From Candidatus Iainarchaeum sp. (GTDB lineage Archaea; B1Sed10-29; WALL01): 64,000 nt of DNA. The stretch lies in the NCBI GenBank assembly GCA_016939415.1, contig JAFGGZ010000032.1:1815-65814 (forward strand). The letters run 5' to 3'. The notes under the pieces are model-generated. The model had not been told where the DNA came from and made no database searches. It was given only the letters and a program-made list of their open reading frames with translations. Position numbers and translations under genes: made by a program. Each line of letters opens with the position of its first letter. Within the stretch, counting starts at the first letter, position 1. Shown piece after piece: positions 26,991 through 36,180 of this stretch.

Positions 26991-29900
26991 TCACATGAAC
27001 TCTGCCAGGCTGAACTGCTTGGCCTTGTCGTTGACGAACACTGAGTTTATGTCTCCCTCAACGATCTTGAGTCTTTGTTTCATGTAGTCGCTTAGTCCGT
27101 ACTCATCCGCGATGCGTTTCGAGACTTCCAGGTACTTGCGCACGCTGCCTTCAGCGATCGTGAGGATGATCTTGCCGCCGCACTTGTGGCATTTGCCTAT
27201 GAGCGGCACGCGCCTGTACTTCGCGTTGCAGTCAACGCATCTGAACTTCTGCTCGCCGAACGCCCTCAGGTTGCCGTATATGTCCCTCAGGAAGTGGCTG
27301 TTCAAAAGCCTTTCCGCCTCGTCTTTCTCGTCCACTGACCGGAGTTTCTTGCCGAGTTTCAGCTGAGCGTTGACCTTCTCCTCCATCTCGCCGAGCGTGG
27401 TATACGTTGACCTGGTCACGCCGTTGTCTATGGCGGTCGTGCCGTGCGTGAACCCGAACCCGTCGTATTGCCGGTCTGTGCCGAGCCTGCTTTCCACTGT
27501 TTCTATTTTGAAGTCCCGCGGGTTCAGGAGTTCGTGGCTTCTCCGGTAAAAATCAAGGGGGTACTCCCTGGTTGTTTCCAGTTTGTGCACCTGGTCGTCT
27601 ATTTGCATTGGGTCTATCGCAAGCGTGAGGACGAGGCAGGCATCCATCTTGCCACCGCGGGACGAGGGGAGGTACTTTTTAGAGAAGTTGAGCAGCGCAT
27701 CCAGCAGGAACATGCATCCGTTCTCGTCGCCGTCACAATCCCTCCTTGTGCTGGCGTGGAAGTACGGGTGGGCGTAGCACGCGCGGGCCTTGCTGAATCC
27801 GATTATGCGGCCAAGCACTCCGGCGCTGGTGTGCGGCGCCAGCCCTATGATGAGGTGGCCGACGAGGTCCTCTTTCGTCCGGGCGTTGTAGAACTGCTCG
27901 AGGCCGTACAGTTGCGTGAGCATCTCGTCCAGGGCCTTTGTCACGCGCACGAGGTAGTCGACGCCGGTTTCTGCGAGTATGACGTCCTGCGGGAGGAGCT
28001 CCACGATCTGGTTCTGACTCACCAGGTCCTTGCCTTCGTGGTCGTGAGCGTATCCCAGTTCCTTGAGTCTTTCCACGCTCGTGCCTATCTCCTTTGGTGT
28101 GAAATGCGTGGTGGGTAGGTTGGTGGAATCGAACCGGACCGTGCCGTCTTTGAATATGTACACGCCGTTCCTGGATCGGATTATGCCTTTCTCGAGCGGC
28201 TCGAACATCTTGCCCCCGCTCATCATTCCCTTGACTCCTTTTATCTTCGGGTCTGGCTTGCCGACGTTTTCCATGGCGTGATCCATCATGTCCTTGATGT
28301 TGACCACGCTCTTGTCGTATGCTGTGGGCCTGACGCCGCAGATCGGACACTCGTCTTCTGTCTCCCTGCCGCATTTTGGGCACACGAGCAGCGGCTTTGT
28401 GCGTTCGCCGCAGTCCATGCACTTGTAGGAGAACATGACCTTGCCGCATTTCGGGCACTTCATTCTCGCGATTTCCACGCTGATGGTTTTCCTGTCGTAT
28501 GCTTTCATGATTGAGCGCGTGTTCCCACCGTAGTTCCCCACAGGGAACAGTATGTTCGGCGCAGGCTTCATGAGTCTCTCCTTTGCTTTTTCGGGCCTGC
28601 CCATCCTCGTGCCCAGGTATACGGGCGCCTTCACTTTTATCACATACGGACTGAGCTCGTTCACGAGCGTCATCGGGTCGCCGGCGTCTATCTGTTCCAC
28701 TGCTTTCGCTGAGTCAGGAACTGCCAACGTCTTTTTGAGCGCTTCCCAATCATCCCCTTCTATCACTATTGTGTCTTCCCTCACTGTGTGTGGCACGAGC
28801 AGCTTTTCGAGCGCGCGCTTCTGCGGCCCGGTCTTCATGTCCGTGGCGAGCCATTGCACGAGTTCCCTCAGTTCTGTCACTGTCACGTCGCTGTAATTGT
28901 AGACGTACCTGGGGTGGAGGGGCACTCCGTACTTCTCTGAGTACTTGACTGCTTCTTCGAAGGATACGCGGTATGGGTCTTCGCACAGGCCGCCCGCGTC
29001 CTTGACTTCCAGCGCCCACCACTCCTCGCACCATGCTGACGGAACGATGGGGTGATTTGTTTGCAGGAAGTCGTTGAATGATACGAGTATGTCGCCGTTG
29101 AAGAGCACTTCTTCTGTCGCGGGCCTGAGCTGGTTGGCTTGTTCCTCGCTCTCCACTCGCACGACGCTGCCGTCCCTCAGCCTGATGACCGGCCCTTCGA
29201 TGGTGTCTACTGGGACTACTGTCATGCCCTTGCCGGGTCTTTCTACTTTGAGTTGCGTGCCGATGGCGGGGAACCCGTCGAGTGCCGCCATGGCGGCCGG
29301 GTGCATGCCTTTGGCCATGAGGCCATTGTTTCGGCTGCGGCCGTATCTCAGCCTGAACCCTCCTGGCCTGGAGGGGTAGGAGAAGATGGGGCGGCCCGCA
29401 ACGATGTCGCGGAGGAACTTGTCCAGCGGCTCTATTTTTCTCGCGCCTTCCTCTTCCTTTCCGACTTTTATGAACGACTGGAGCCACCCCCACTTCAATT
29501 TCATCTCGTTCGAGATGCGCAGGATCTTCTGGGCCTTTTGTGCGATGCCTTCTGCCACGACCAGGCACGCGCCGCCGCGCACTCGATTGGTTGGCACGCG
29601 CGGTATGTCTTTGTGGACGTCCACTTCCTGTTCGAGTGTTGGGTCTCCGTTGATGCAGACCGGGCAGTTGCGGATGACTGTCCTGACTTCGTCGTCGCTG
29701 GGCTTGTACTGCAGGTGTTCCACGTTGTGGTATATGTTTATCTCTTCCACGTAGCGCTCGACTTCCGTTTCTGTCGGCCTGTATTCGCTGAGGCCAATCT
29801 TTTGTCTGGCGTAGTCACCGATGAGGCAGGTTATTGCTTGGCCTGTGCCTCCAGCGCTCCGTATGGGTCCTGAGAAGTATATGCTTAGGTACTCGCTTCC

Positions 29901-30293
29901 GTCTGGGTTCTTCTCTATCTTCACGTCTGCGACGCCCTCGATCGGCGCTGCTACGACCGCTTCAGTGTATAGCGCCAGACCTGTTCGGACGCATTGTTCT
30001 GCCTGGCTTGCCTTGTCGTGCTGTCCGTACTTGCCTTCGCAGATTTTGTCGCATATCGCGAGGAGGGTTTGGTCGCGGCTCATCGTCTTGAGGCATTCAC
30101 GTATGTCCTTGGCCACTCCCTTTGGGCCGATGAGTCCCTCGACACGCGCGCTGAGGTCTTCTGCGAGAGGTATTTCGACTTCTGTTTCCGGGTCGATGCC
30201 TATTGCGCGCGCCTTGCCGGCGATTTCGTAGACTGCGTTGGCTTTGGCTTCGAGGTTTTTGTAGTAGTCGAGCACGCGCGCTGATGCTTTCAT
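26991..30293 (-). CDS. polC: DNA polymerase II (PolD) large catalytic subunit DP2
   Basis: About 1100 aa. The sequence matches DP2, including the conserved Zn-binding modules CPKCGKVMFSYKCMDCGERTKPLLVCPKCGRETEDECPICG and RCVDCNAKY...KCHKCGG. Start set at MKASARVLDYY at 30293, which forms an ATGA overlap with the DP1 stop. The ATG-defined ORF extends to 30419. Confidence 0.95.
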   Translation of the reverse strand: MKASARVLDYYKNLEAKANAVYEIAGKARAIGIDPETEVEIPLAEDLSARVEGLIGPKGVAKDIRECLKTMSRDQTLLAICDKICEGKYGQHDKASQAEQCVRTGLALYTEAVVAAPIEGVADVKIEKNPDGSEYLSIYFSGPIRSAGGTGQAITCLIGDYARQKIGLSEYRPTETEVERYVEEINIYHNVEHLQYKPSDDEVRTVIRNCPVCINGDPTLEQEVDVHKDIPRVPTNRVRGGACLVVAEGIAQKAQKILRISNEMKLKWGWLQSFIKVGKEEEGARKIEPLDKFLRDIVAGRPIFSYPSRPGGFRLRYGRSRNNGLMAKGMHPAAMAALDGFPAIGTQLKVERPGKGMTVVPVDTIEGPVIRLRDGSVVRVESEEQANQLRPATEEVLFNGDILVSFNDFLQTNHPIVPSAWCEEWWALEVKDAGGLCEDPYRVSFEEAVKYSEKYGVPLHPRYVYNYSDVTVTELRELVQWLATDMKTGPQKRALEKLLVPHTVREDTIVIEGDDWEALKKTLAVPDSAKAVEQIDAGDPMTLVNELSPYVIKVKAPVYLGTRMGRPEKAKERLMKPAPNILFPVGNYGGNTRSIMKAYDRKTISVEIARMKCPKCGKVMFSYKCMDCGERTKPLLVCPKCGRETEDECPICGVRPTAYDKSVVNIKDMMDHAMENVGKPDPKIKGVKGMMSGGKMFEPLEKGIIRSRNGVYIFKDGTVRFDSTNLPTTHFTPKEIGTSVERLKELGYAHDHEGKDLVSQNQIVELLPQDVILAETGVDYLVRVTKALDEMLTQLYGLEQFYNARTKEDLVGHLIIGLAPHTSAGVLGRIIGFSKARACYAHPYFHASTRRDCDGDENGCMFLLDALLNFSKKYLPSSRGGKMDACLVLTLAIDPMQIDDQVHKLETTREYPLDFYRRSHELLNPRDFKIETVESRLGTDRQYDGFGFTHGTTAIDNGVTRSTYTTLGEMEEKVNAQLKLGKKLRSVDEKDEAERLLNSHFLRDIYGNLRAFGEQKFRCVDCNAKYRRVPLIGKCHKCGGKIILTIAEGSVRKYLEVSKRIADEYGLSDYMKQRLKIVEGDINSVFVNDKAKQFSLAEFM

Positions 30294-31771
30294 GCACCCA
30301 CCTCTTTGTCGAAGTGCACGATGCTCAGCTTTGTGGCGTGCAGGTCCAGTATGGGGAGTATGCATGGCGTCGGGTGGTGGCCTTTCTGCAGTTGGTACGG
30401 CGTCTGTTTCTGCCAGCATCCCGCGTTCACGCCGATGACTCCTTTGTACGTGATGTAGCCGTTCCTGTGCACGTCAGCGACTTGCATGACGTCCGGGACG
30501 CGTTCTATGACCATATAATCCTTTTTTTCCGGGGTGATCGGCGGGCGTTCGCCGTAGACTGGGTGGAGGTGCCTCCTCTGCAGGTACTCCACGCACACCT
30601 TTTCCGGGTGGACGTAGTCCGTTGTCTTTACGTGCGGCACGATGCTGTGGATGCTTGCGCCGTGGTACAGCAGGAACTCAACGCCGTGGAGCGAGCAGTA
30701 GCCGGGTGATGACATGAGGTTCACGTTGTCGAGTGAGGTTATGTTGTTAGTGACTTCATTACTCATTGCGGGCTGCGGGTCGGCGGTGCGCACTGCGTCG
30801 TGGTTTCCGGGGGTGAGCACCACTTCCACGTAGTCAGGGAGCTGTTCGAGGTATTGCTTGAATTGCCTGTATTGCTCGAATATGTCTGTGGTTTCGAGCT
30901 CGTATTCCTGGTTGGGGTATATGCCCACGCCGTCAACCAGGTCTCCTGCGATCGTGATGTACTTTATCCTGCCTGCGAGCTCTCTCTGTTTTGCGTTGCC
31001 GTGCCTGCCGTGCATCCAGTCAATGAATTTCTCGAAGTTCTGTCGCATGAACAGCAGTGAGCCTATGTGCGTGTCGCTCATCATTCCGACGCACAGGCTT
31101 TCTTCTGTTCTTCTCGGCTGGTGGAGGGGTATGTCCGGCTTTATGATTGCGTTGGCGATGAATAGTTCCCTGCTCATTTTTCCGTCGATGGCTATGACTT
31201 CGTCGTTGATGACGTTGTGGGATTCTTCGATGAGTTGTCTGTCGCTTTGCGGGACGAGGACGTTGATGGTGTCGGTCTCGTCTTCCAAGGATATCAGTCT
31301 GTGGCCGTTCTTGGTGGTTTTGATTTCGCTGACCATGCCTATGATGCGTACTTTCTCGCCCATCCCCCGCCTCTTGACGTGCTCGATGTCTCTTGCCGGG
31401 CCGCGTTCCTTGATTATGCCGGACAGCCTGCGGAAGCGGTCCCTGAAGTGTTCCACGAAGTCGTCGACCTTGCCTTCGCACATTGACTTGCCTGTGACGT
31501 TGAAGTCTTCGAATTCCTTGAATTCTGCGTCGTGTTCTTTGGCGAGGGGCTTGAAGTCCGTGTGCTCCACGACGATTTTCTGTTCCGGCAAGAACTTGGG
31601 TTCCGCATCTATGAGTTCTTGTTTCGTGACGACGGGTCCGCGGATCTTCGGGAGTATTTCTTCGCAGTACTTGAGGGGGGTGGGCTTGAGGATTACATGG
31701 CCGAGGCCATCAGAAGACAGCAGCATCCCCCGTTCTCTGAATAAGGCTAGTATTTCTTCTCTCATTGCCAC
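30290..31771 (-). CDS. polB: DNA polymerase II (PolD) small subunit DP1 (calcineurin-like 3'-5' exonuclease)
   Basis: 493 aa. It has an N-terminal OB-fold region. The metallophosphatase motifs are MSDTHIG, GDLVD, GNHD and GH. The gene is co-linear with DP2. Confidence 0.92.
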   Translation of the reverse strand: MAMREEILALFRERGMLLSSDGLGHVILKPTPLKYCEEILPKIRGPVVTKQELIDAEPKFLPEQKIVVEHTDFKPLAKEHDAEFKEFEDFNVTGKSMCEGKVDDFVEHFRDRFRRLSGIIKERGPARDIEHVKRRGMGEKVRIIGMVSEIKTTKNGHRLISLEDETDTINVLVPQSDRQLIEESHNVINDEVIAIDGKMSRELFIANAIIKPDIPLHQPRRTEESLCVGMMSDTHIGSLLFMRQNFEKFIDWMHGRHGNAKQRELAGRIKYITIAGDLVDGVGIYPNQEYELETTDIFEQYRQFKQYLEQLPDYVEVVLTPGNHDAVRTADPQPAMSNEVTNNITSLDNVNLMSSPGYCSLHGVEFLLYHGASIHSIVPHVKTTDYVHPEKVCVEYLQRRHLHPVYGERPPITPEKKDYMVIERVPDVMQVADVHRNGYITYKGVIGVNAGCWQKQTPYQLQKGHHPTPCILPILDLHATKLSIVHFDKEVGA

Positions 31772-31995
31772 ACCCCTGCGCTCTCCGCGACCGAGTGTTG
31801 TCTATGTTTTTGCCGCAATGAAATAAGAAGTTATGCATGCGATTTAAAACATCTCCGGATCCATGCCCTGCATGGCCCCGAATCGCTGGCTGGGATGTCT
31901 CCTATCGCATCAAAGTCGCTGGTGTTTCCTTCCTTCACAACTCGCTGAAAGCGGCGAAATCCTTGCACGAGCAAATGTAGAAAGACGACGCAGGA

Positions 31996-33042
31996 TTATG
32001 ACTTGGCCGCGGGGTATGCGCGTGCCTGCAGTCCTGCTTTTCCTTCGAACCGTTTCCTGACTGGCTCTAACAGTTGGTTCAGTTCTCTGGCAACCGCTTT
32101 CTTTAGGTCCATGGGGTGCAGTTTCTTTTCCGCGAAGTCCTTTTCCAGCGCGGCGTAGTCCCTGTACTCAGCATTGCCTCCGAACTTTGCCGGTCTCTCG
32201 ATGACCAGTGCTTGCTCCCTGTCCGCGAGCACGGTCATGACGACGTGTTTCGTGAACGCGAGCACTGCATTCCCGTCCACTTCGCCCGCAGGGCAGAACG
32301 CGCTCATCACTTTCTTTTCCACGATGTCCTGCGGGTCTGTGAGGCCGATTTTACCGCGCTCTTCTGAGGCGCTCATCTTGCCCCCGGCTTTCCCGCCTTC
32401 AAGGCTCGGCAGGAGGGGCGTGAAGACGCACACTGGTTTTGCGTGGCCCATCTGCGGCAGTGTCTCTCTACCAAGCATGTATATGCCGCGCTGGTCCACG
32501 CCGCTGAAGCACACATCGCACTCCAGCTTGACGAAGTCCTCGTTCTGCATGAGTGGGTATACGAATCCACCGAGCTTGGGCTCATCGCCGAACCTCACGA
32601 CTTCGGCTGCTGCCCTTCGGCATCGCGCCAGCGTTACTTCGCCCGCCATGCGCAGCACGTCCATCATGTAGTCTTCTTTGAGCTGGAATGAAGAGCCAAG
32701 CACGAACTCGAGGTTGCTTTGGTCAACTCCCAGCGCGTCGAATATGCCTTTTATGGCTTCCTCGTACCATTCGGCCCGGGCGTGCAGGAGCTCCCACGGC
32801 GATTTCTGCGCGTCCAGGTACGCGTGCAGATCCGCCATGAGGTACTTGACGCGGAACCCGGCTCTCAGGAAGTCAGCTGCCTTCAGTATCGGAACGATGT
32901 GGCCGACGTGCAGCATGCCTGTGGGGGCGTAGCCGATGTACGCGACTGGCTTCTTTTTCCCGCATACTGCGTTCATTTCTTCTTCTGTGATGACTTCTTC
33001 GGTGTTGCGGGTTATGAGCTTCAGCCGCGCTTCTGGCTTCAT
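31996..33042 (-). CDS. tyrS: tyrosyl-tRNA synthetase (class I TyrRS/TrpRS family; TyrRS favoured)
   Basis: The HIGH-region equivalent is PTGMLHVGH. The KMSKS equivalent is KMSAS. LMADLHAYLD matches the archaeal TyrRS ADLHAYLN motif. Length is 348 aa. Confidence 0.75.
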   Translation of the reverse strand: MKPEARLKLITRNTEEVITEEEMNAVCGKKKPVAYIGYAPTGMLHVGHIVPILKAADFLRAGFRVKYLMADLHAYLDAQKSPWELLHARAEWYEEAIKGIFDALGVDQSNLEFVLGSSFQLKEDYMMDVLRMAGEVTLARCRRAAAEVVRFGDEPKLGGFVYPLMQNEDFVKLECDVCFSGVDQRGIYMLGRETLPQMGHAKPVCVFTPLLPSLEGGKAGGKMSASEERGKIGLTDPQDIVEKKVMSAFCPAGEVDGNAVLAFTKHVVMTVLADREQALVIERPAKFGGNAEYRDYAALEKDFAEKKLHPMDLKKAVARELNQLLEPVRKRFEGKAGLQARAYPAAKS

Positions 33043-33296
33043 TTCAATTCCTCTTTAAGCTTCTCGAGTTCTGCCATGATGCTCATTATGTCTGTCCGCG
33101 TGTGGAACGGCATGTTTATGTCTTGGAGGCACTCGTCCAGCAGGTACATGGCTGACGTGAAATCCACTTCAGGATTCTCGTGCTGCTTGTTTATGAGTCC
33201 GCCCGCCTCAGCGACCGATTTCTTTATGTTGCGTGGCACGCCGTTGTCATTTGCAATGGAATCGATAAGGTAGTTGATGTTGTCCAGTTCGCTCAT
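33039..33296 (-). CDS. UPF0147 family protein
   Basis: 85 aa. LIDSIANDNGVPRNIKKSVAEA...LLDECLQDINMPFHTRTDIMSIMAELE matches the conserved archaeal UPF0147 pattern. Confidence 0.65.
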   Translation of the reverse strand: MSELDNINYLIDSIANDNGVPRNIKKSVAEAGGLINKQHENPEVDFTSAMYLLDECLQDINMPFHTRTDIMSIMAELEKLKEELK

Positions 33297-33358
33297 ACCA
33301 ATGCCCCCAGCAGAATTAGCATTTACATTTATATCGCAGGTATTTTTAAAGTTATAGC

Positions 33359-34141
33359 ATGTTTCTCACGCATTTCGAGGCAAAGCGGCTTTTGCGCGGA
33401 GATAAGCGCGTCAGCCTAGACCTCGGCCTGACAGAGTCGCCTGCACCTGAACTGGATGCAGACCTGTTGAAGGGGATTGCTGCGGACGAGGGCAATGTGT
33501 ACTTCTGCCGTGACGGAGAGTGGTTCAAGGCTGCGTTGCGCGCCCGGCACTTCTACAAGCTCCTTCCCACCAGGGAAGGCCATGCGCCGACGCATTGCAT
33601 TGACGGCATCCGCATGCACTTGATGAAGGACACGACGCCGGACGAGAACGCAGAAGCCATTACCAGCTCTGCGGGCGTGAAGAAAGGCGATCGGGTCCTT
33701 GATGTCTGCACCGGTCTCGGCTACACTGCTATCGCCGCGCGCAGGCGGGGAGCCAGCGTAATTTCGATTGAGGTGGACGAGAACGTGCTGGAGTTGGCGC
33801 GCATCAATCCTTGGTCCAGGGACTTGTTTTCTCCCGGTATCAACCTTATTGTAGGCGATGCTGCAGAGGAAGTGAAGAAGCTGCCGGACTCGTCTTTCGA
33901 TGTAGTGATCCACGATCCTCCGAGACTTGCGCTGGCCGGAGAGCTCTACGGCGCTGTTTTTTACAAGGAGTTGTTCCGCGTTGCGTGTAAGGGAGCTCGG
34001 CTCGTGCATTACATCGGCGGTCCCGGTTCCAGGCACAGGGGGAAGGATGTTGCCGGCGGCGCGGTCTCTCGCCTGAAGAGCATCGGCTGGCAGCGCGTTG
34101 TTGGGGTCAAGCGCATTCAATCCGTCCTAGCGGAGAAGTGA
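33359..34141 (+). CDS. class I SAM-dependent methyltransferase with a DPPR amino-methyltransferase-type motif
   Basis: Motif I is VLDVCTGLGYTAIAAR. An acidic loop occurs at VISIEVDE. VVIHDPPR is a (D/N)PP(Y/F)-like motif typical of N6-adenine, N2-guanine or N5-glutamine methyltransferases. There is an N-terminal extension of about 90 aa. Confidence 0.65.
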   Translation: MFLTHFEAKRLLRGDKRVSLDLGLTESPAPELDADLLKGIAADEGNVYFCRDGEWFKAALRARHFYKLLPTREGHAPTHCIDGIRMHLMKDTTPDENAEAITSSAGVKKGDRVLDVCTGLGYTAIAARRRGASVISIEVDENVLELARINPWSRDLFSPGINLIVGDAAEEVKKLPDSSFDVVIHDPPRLALAGELYGAVFYKELFRVACKGARLVHYIGGPGSRHRGKDVAGGAVSRLKSIGWQRVVGVKRIQSVLAEK

Positions 34142-34504
34142 GCGCGCTTTTGTCATGTTATCGACTGCCAGCGCGACGTCTGTCTTGCCGTTCGCTGACC
34201 CGAGGATGTAGATGTTGTCCACGTTGATGTTCGCGTCCGCGAGCTTTCTCGCTACTTTAGACAACTCGCCGGCCCGGTCTATCAAGTGCAGCACGAGTAT
34301 CTCCACTTCGTTGCACTCGAGGCCTGCCTTGCTGATGGCATCCCTCGTGGTCCGTTCGTCGTTGGTCACCACATGTACGAGTCCTGAGTGGTCCCTCCTC
34401 TCCGAGGCGATGGCTTTTATGTTCACTGACGCTTTTGCCATGGTTTCCGTTATCCCGGCGAGGCTGCCGGGTTTGTTCTGGACTGAGATGCTGAATTGCT
34501 TCAT
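34127..34504 (-). CDS. tandem ACT-domain protein
   Basis: Start set at MKQFSISVQNKPGSLAGITE, giving 125 aa, so that the gene no longer overlaps the NOG1 gene. There are two beta-alpha-beta-beta-alpha-beta ACT-like halves, the second beginning ILVLHLIDRAGELSKVA. Confidence 0.55.
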   Translation of the reverse strand: MKQFSISVQNKPGSLAGITETMAKASVNIKAIASERRDHSGLVHVVTNDERTTRDAISKAGLECNEVEILVLHLIDRAGELSKVARKLADANINVDNIYILGSANGKTDVALAVDNMTKARSLLR

Positions 34505-34554
34505 TTCATCACCGTTCTGACCTTCGGTTATGAGTGCGCTTGTATAAAAGGCTT

Positions 34555-35511
34555 TTAATGCTTGAGCGCCCATTCCGCGACCTTGATCCTGAGGCTCTGT
34601 ACGTCTCCTTCCGACTTCGTGCTCACCCACATGCCCGAGACAACGCCTTTCCTGTCCTGGACGAGGTCTGCTTTGTTGTACACGACGAGCACGTCCTTGG
34701 AAAAGTTTTTCTTCACCATGCGGAATAGTGCTTTCTGCTTTTGCATGGAGTAGCCGCATGTCTCTGACGGGTCGAAGATGAACAGGACTTTGTCGCTGAG
34801 GTGCCTCATTGCTGCGAGGGCCTGCAGTTCTATGCTGTTCATTCTGGACACTGGCCGGTCCATGACGCCCGGCGTGTCGACGAGCTGGATGGACATGTAT
34901 TTGTGCTTCATGTGGCCGACCAGCAATTGCTTGGTCGTGAATGGGTAGGGCTGCACTTCCACGCCGGAGCCGCTCAGTGCTCGAAGGATGCTGCTCTTCC
35001 CGACGTTTGGGTACCCGGCTATTATTACTGTAGGTTCGTCTTTGAGCGAGGGCATGTTGCGCAGTTTCACGTACGCTTCATGCAAGATCTCCAGGTCTTT
35101 GTTAACTCCGCGGAATATTGATTCTGCTCTTGAGTCGAACTGCTTGCGCAGGGCCGTCATCTTGTCTACGTCTCGCGTGCTGCGTATCCTGCGCGCGTAC
35201 TCCCTGCTGAGCTGCCACGCTTTCTTCCCGGCCCAGCCGACAGAGTGCAGTGACTTGCGCACGCTGTCGACGTCTATTATGAGGCCGATCAGTTCCTTGT
35301 GGAACGGAGGGAGCTCATCGAAGTCGGCAGAGCCCTTCACGACAGAGCTTGTCTTGTTGCGCAGCGCTTCTCCCAGTGCCTGGACTTTTCCCGCTTCCCT
35401 GATGCGCATTGTCTCCCAGCGGTTCTTCGCGTTCATCTGCCTGACGCTGTTATGAGCACGTTTCAGTGATGTGCGGAACAGGTCTTTTGGCACTGGCTGA
35501 ATGATCGTCAT
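34555..35511 (-). CDS. NOG1-family GTPase (archaeal Nog1 homologue)
   Basis: It has a NOG1 N-terminal helical domain followed by a G domain. G1 is GYPNVGKSS, G3 is DTPG, and G4 is NKAD. Length is 318 aa. Confidence 0.8.
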   Translation of the reverse strand: MTIIQPVPKDLFRTSLKRAHNSVRQMNAKNRWETMRIREAGKVQALGEALRNKTSSVVKGSADFDELPPFHKELIGLIIDVDSVRKSLHSVGWAGKKAWQLSREYARRIRSTRDVDKMTALRKQFDSRAESIFRGVNKDLEILHEAYVKLRNMPSLKDEPTVIIAGYPNVGKSSILRALSGSGVEVQPYPFTTKQLLVGHMKHKYMSIQLVDTPGVMDRPVSRMNSIELQALAAMRHLSDKVLFIFDPSETCGYSMQKQKALFRMVKKNFSKDVLVVYNKADLVQDRKGVVSGMWVSTKSEGDVQSLRIKVAEWALKH

Positions 35512-35565
35512 AATGAGATTAGCGTGGTGAAACCTTATTATACTTACTGAAGCATAAGATATTCC

Positions 35566-36174
35566 ATGAAGGCATTTGTGCTCCTGCTTCTGTTTTCTGC
35601 AGCGCTCGGTAGCGTCTGCTCTGACATAGCGTCCGAGGCCGAGAAGTGGACGGTGGTCGAGTACTCTCCTGATCTGGGTGTCTGTTCGCTGGAGCCGAAG
35701 GACTGGTATGTCAATTACTCCAAGCGCGCTGAGGCATATGCCACGACAGCGAAGTGCTACACGACCACGGAGTACGACAAGGAGAGGGAGTCTTACTGGT
35801 ACGGCCGCGCGGCGCTCATGTACTCGAGGTCTGCCGAGACGCTGTGCGCTTCAGGCGATGCTTCCAAAAAAATTCGGATCCTCATATCTGCCGGAGAGTC
35901 ATTCGATCTCTCTGGTGACAAGGAGTCTGCGATGGAGTCGTACCAGGCCGCCCAGCGGGTGTACGATGACTACAAGTCTTCAGCGAGTTTGGAGGGCGAG
36001 CGCGCTCTCCTCCAGCAGAAGATCCTAATGAGCCAGTACTCCGACCTGCCGTCGCAAGTGACTGAAAACCCCGCGGATGCCCCGGGTTTTGACGTGGTCG
36101 CCGCGTCCCTCATCGGAGTGCTCTTGGTCTTCAGCGGTTTCTTCATTGCTTATGTGCTGCGCTCAAGGAAGTGA
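35566..36174 (+). CDS. hypothetical secreted or membrane protein
   Basis: The N-terminal signal peptide is MKAFVLLLLFSAALGSVCS. A C-terminal TM helix (LIGVLLVFSGFFIAYVL) is followed by RSRK. Confidence 0.45.
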   Translation: MKAFVLLLLFSAALGSVCSDIASEAEKWTVVEYSPDLGVCSLEPKDWYVNYSKRAEAYATTAKCYTTTEYDKERESYWYGRAALMYSRSAETLCASGDASKKIRILISAGESFDLSGDKESAMESYQAAQRVYDDYKSSASLEGERALLQQKILMSQYSDLPSQVTENPADAPGFDVVAASLIGVLLVFSGFFIAYVLRSRK

Positions 36175-36180
36175 GTTTGT

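Noticed and set aside
28750-29568. 272-aa Arg-rich ORF inside PolD DP2
   Set aside because: It is an alternative frame of a conserved gene, and extreme Arg/Pro/His content is a GC-frame artefact.
30858-31826. 322-aa plus-strand ORF antisense to PolD DP1
   Set aside because: It is antisense to a conserved gene with a low-complexity Ser-rich translation.
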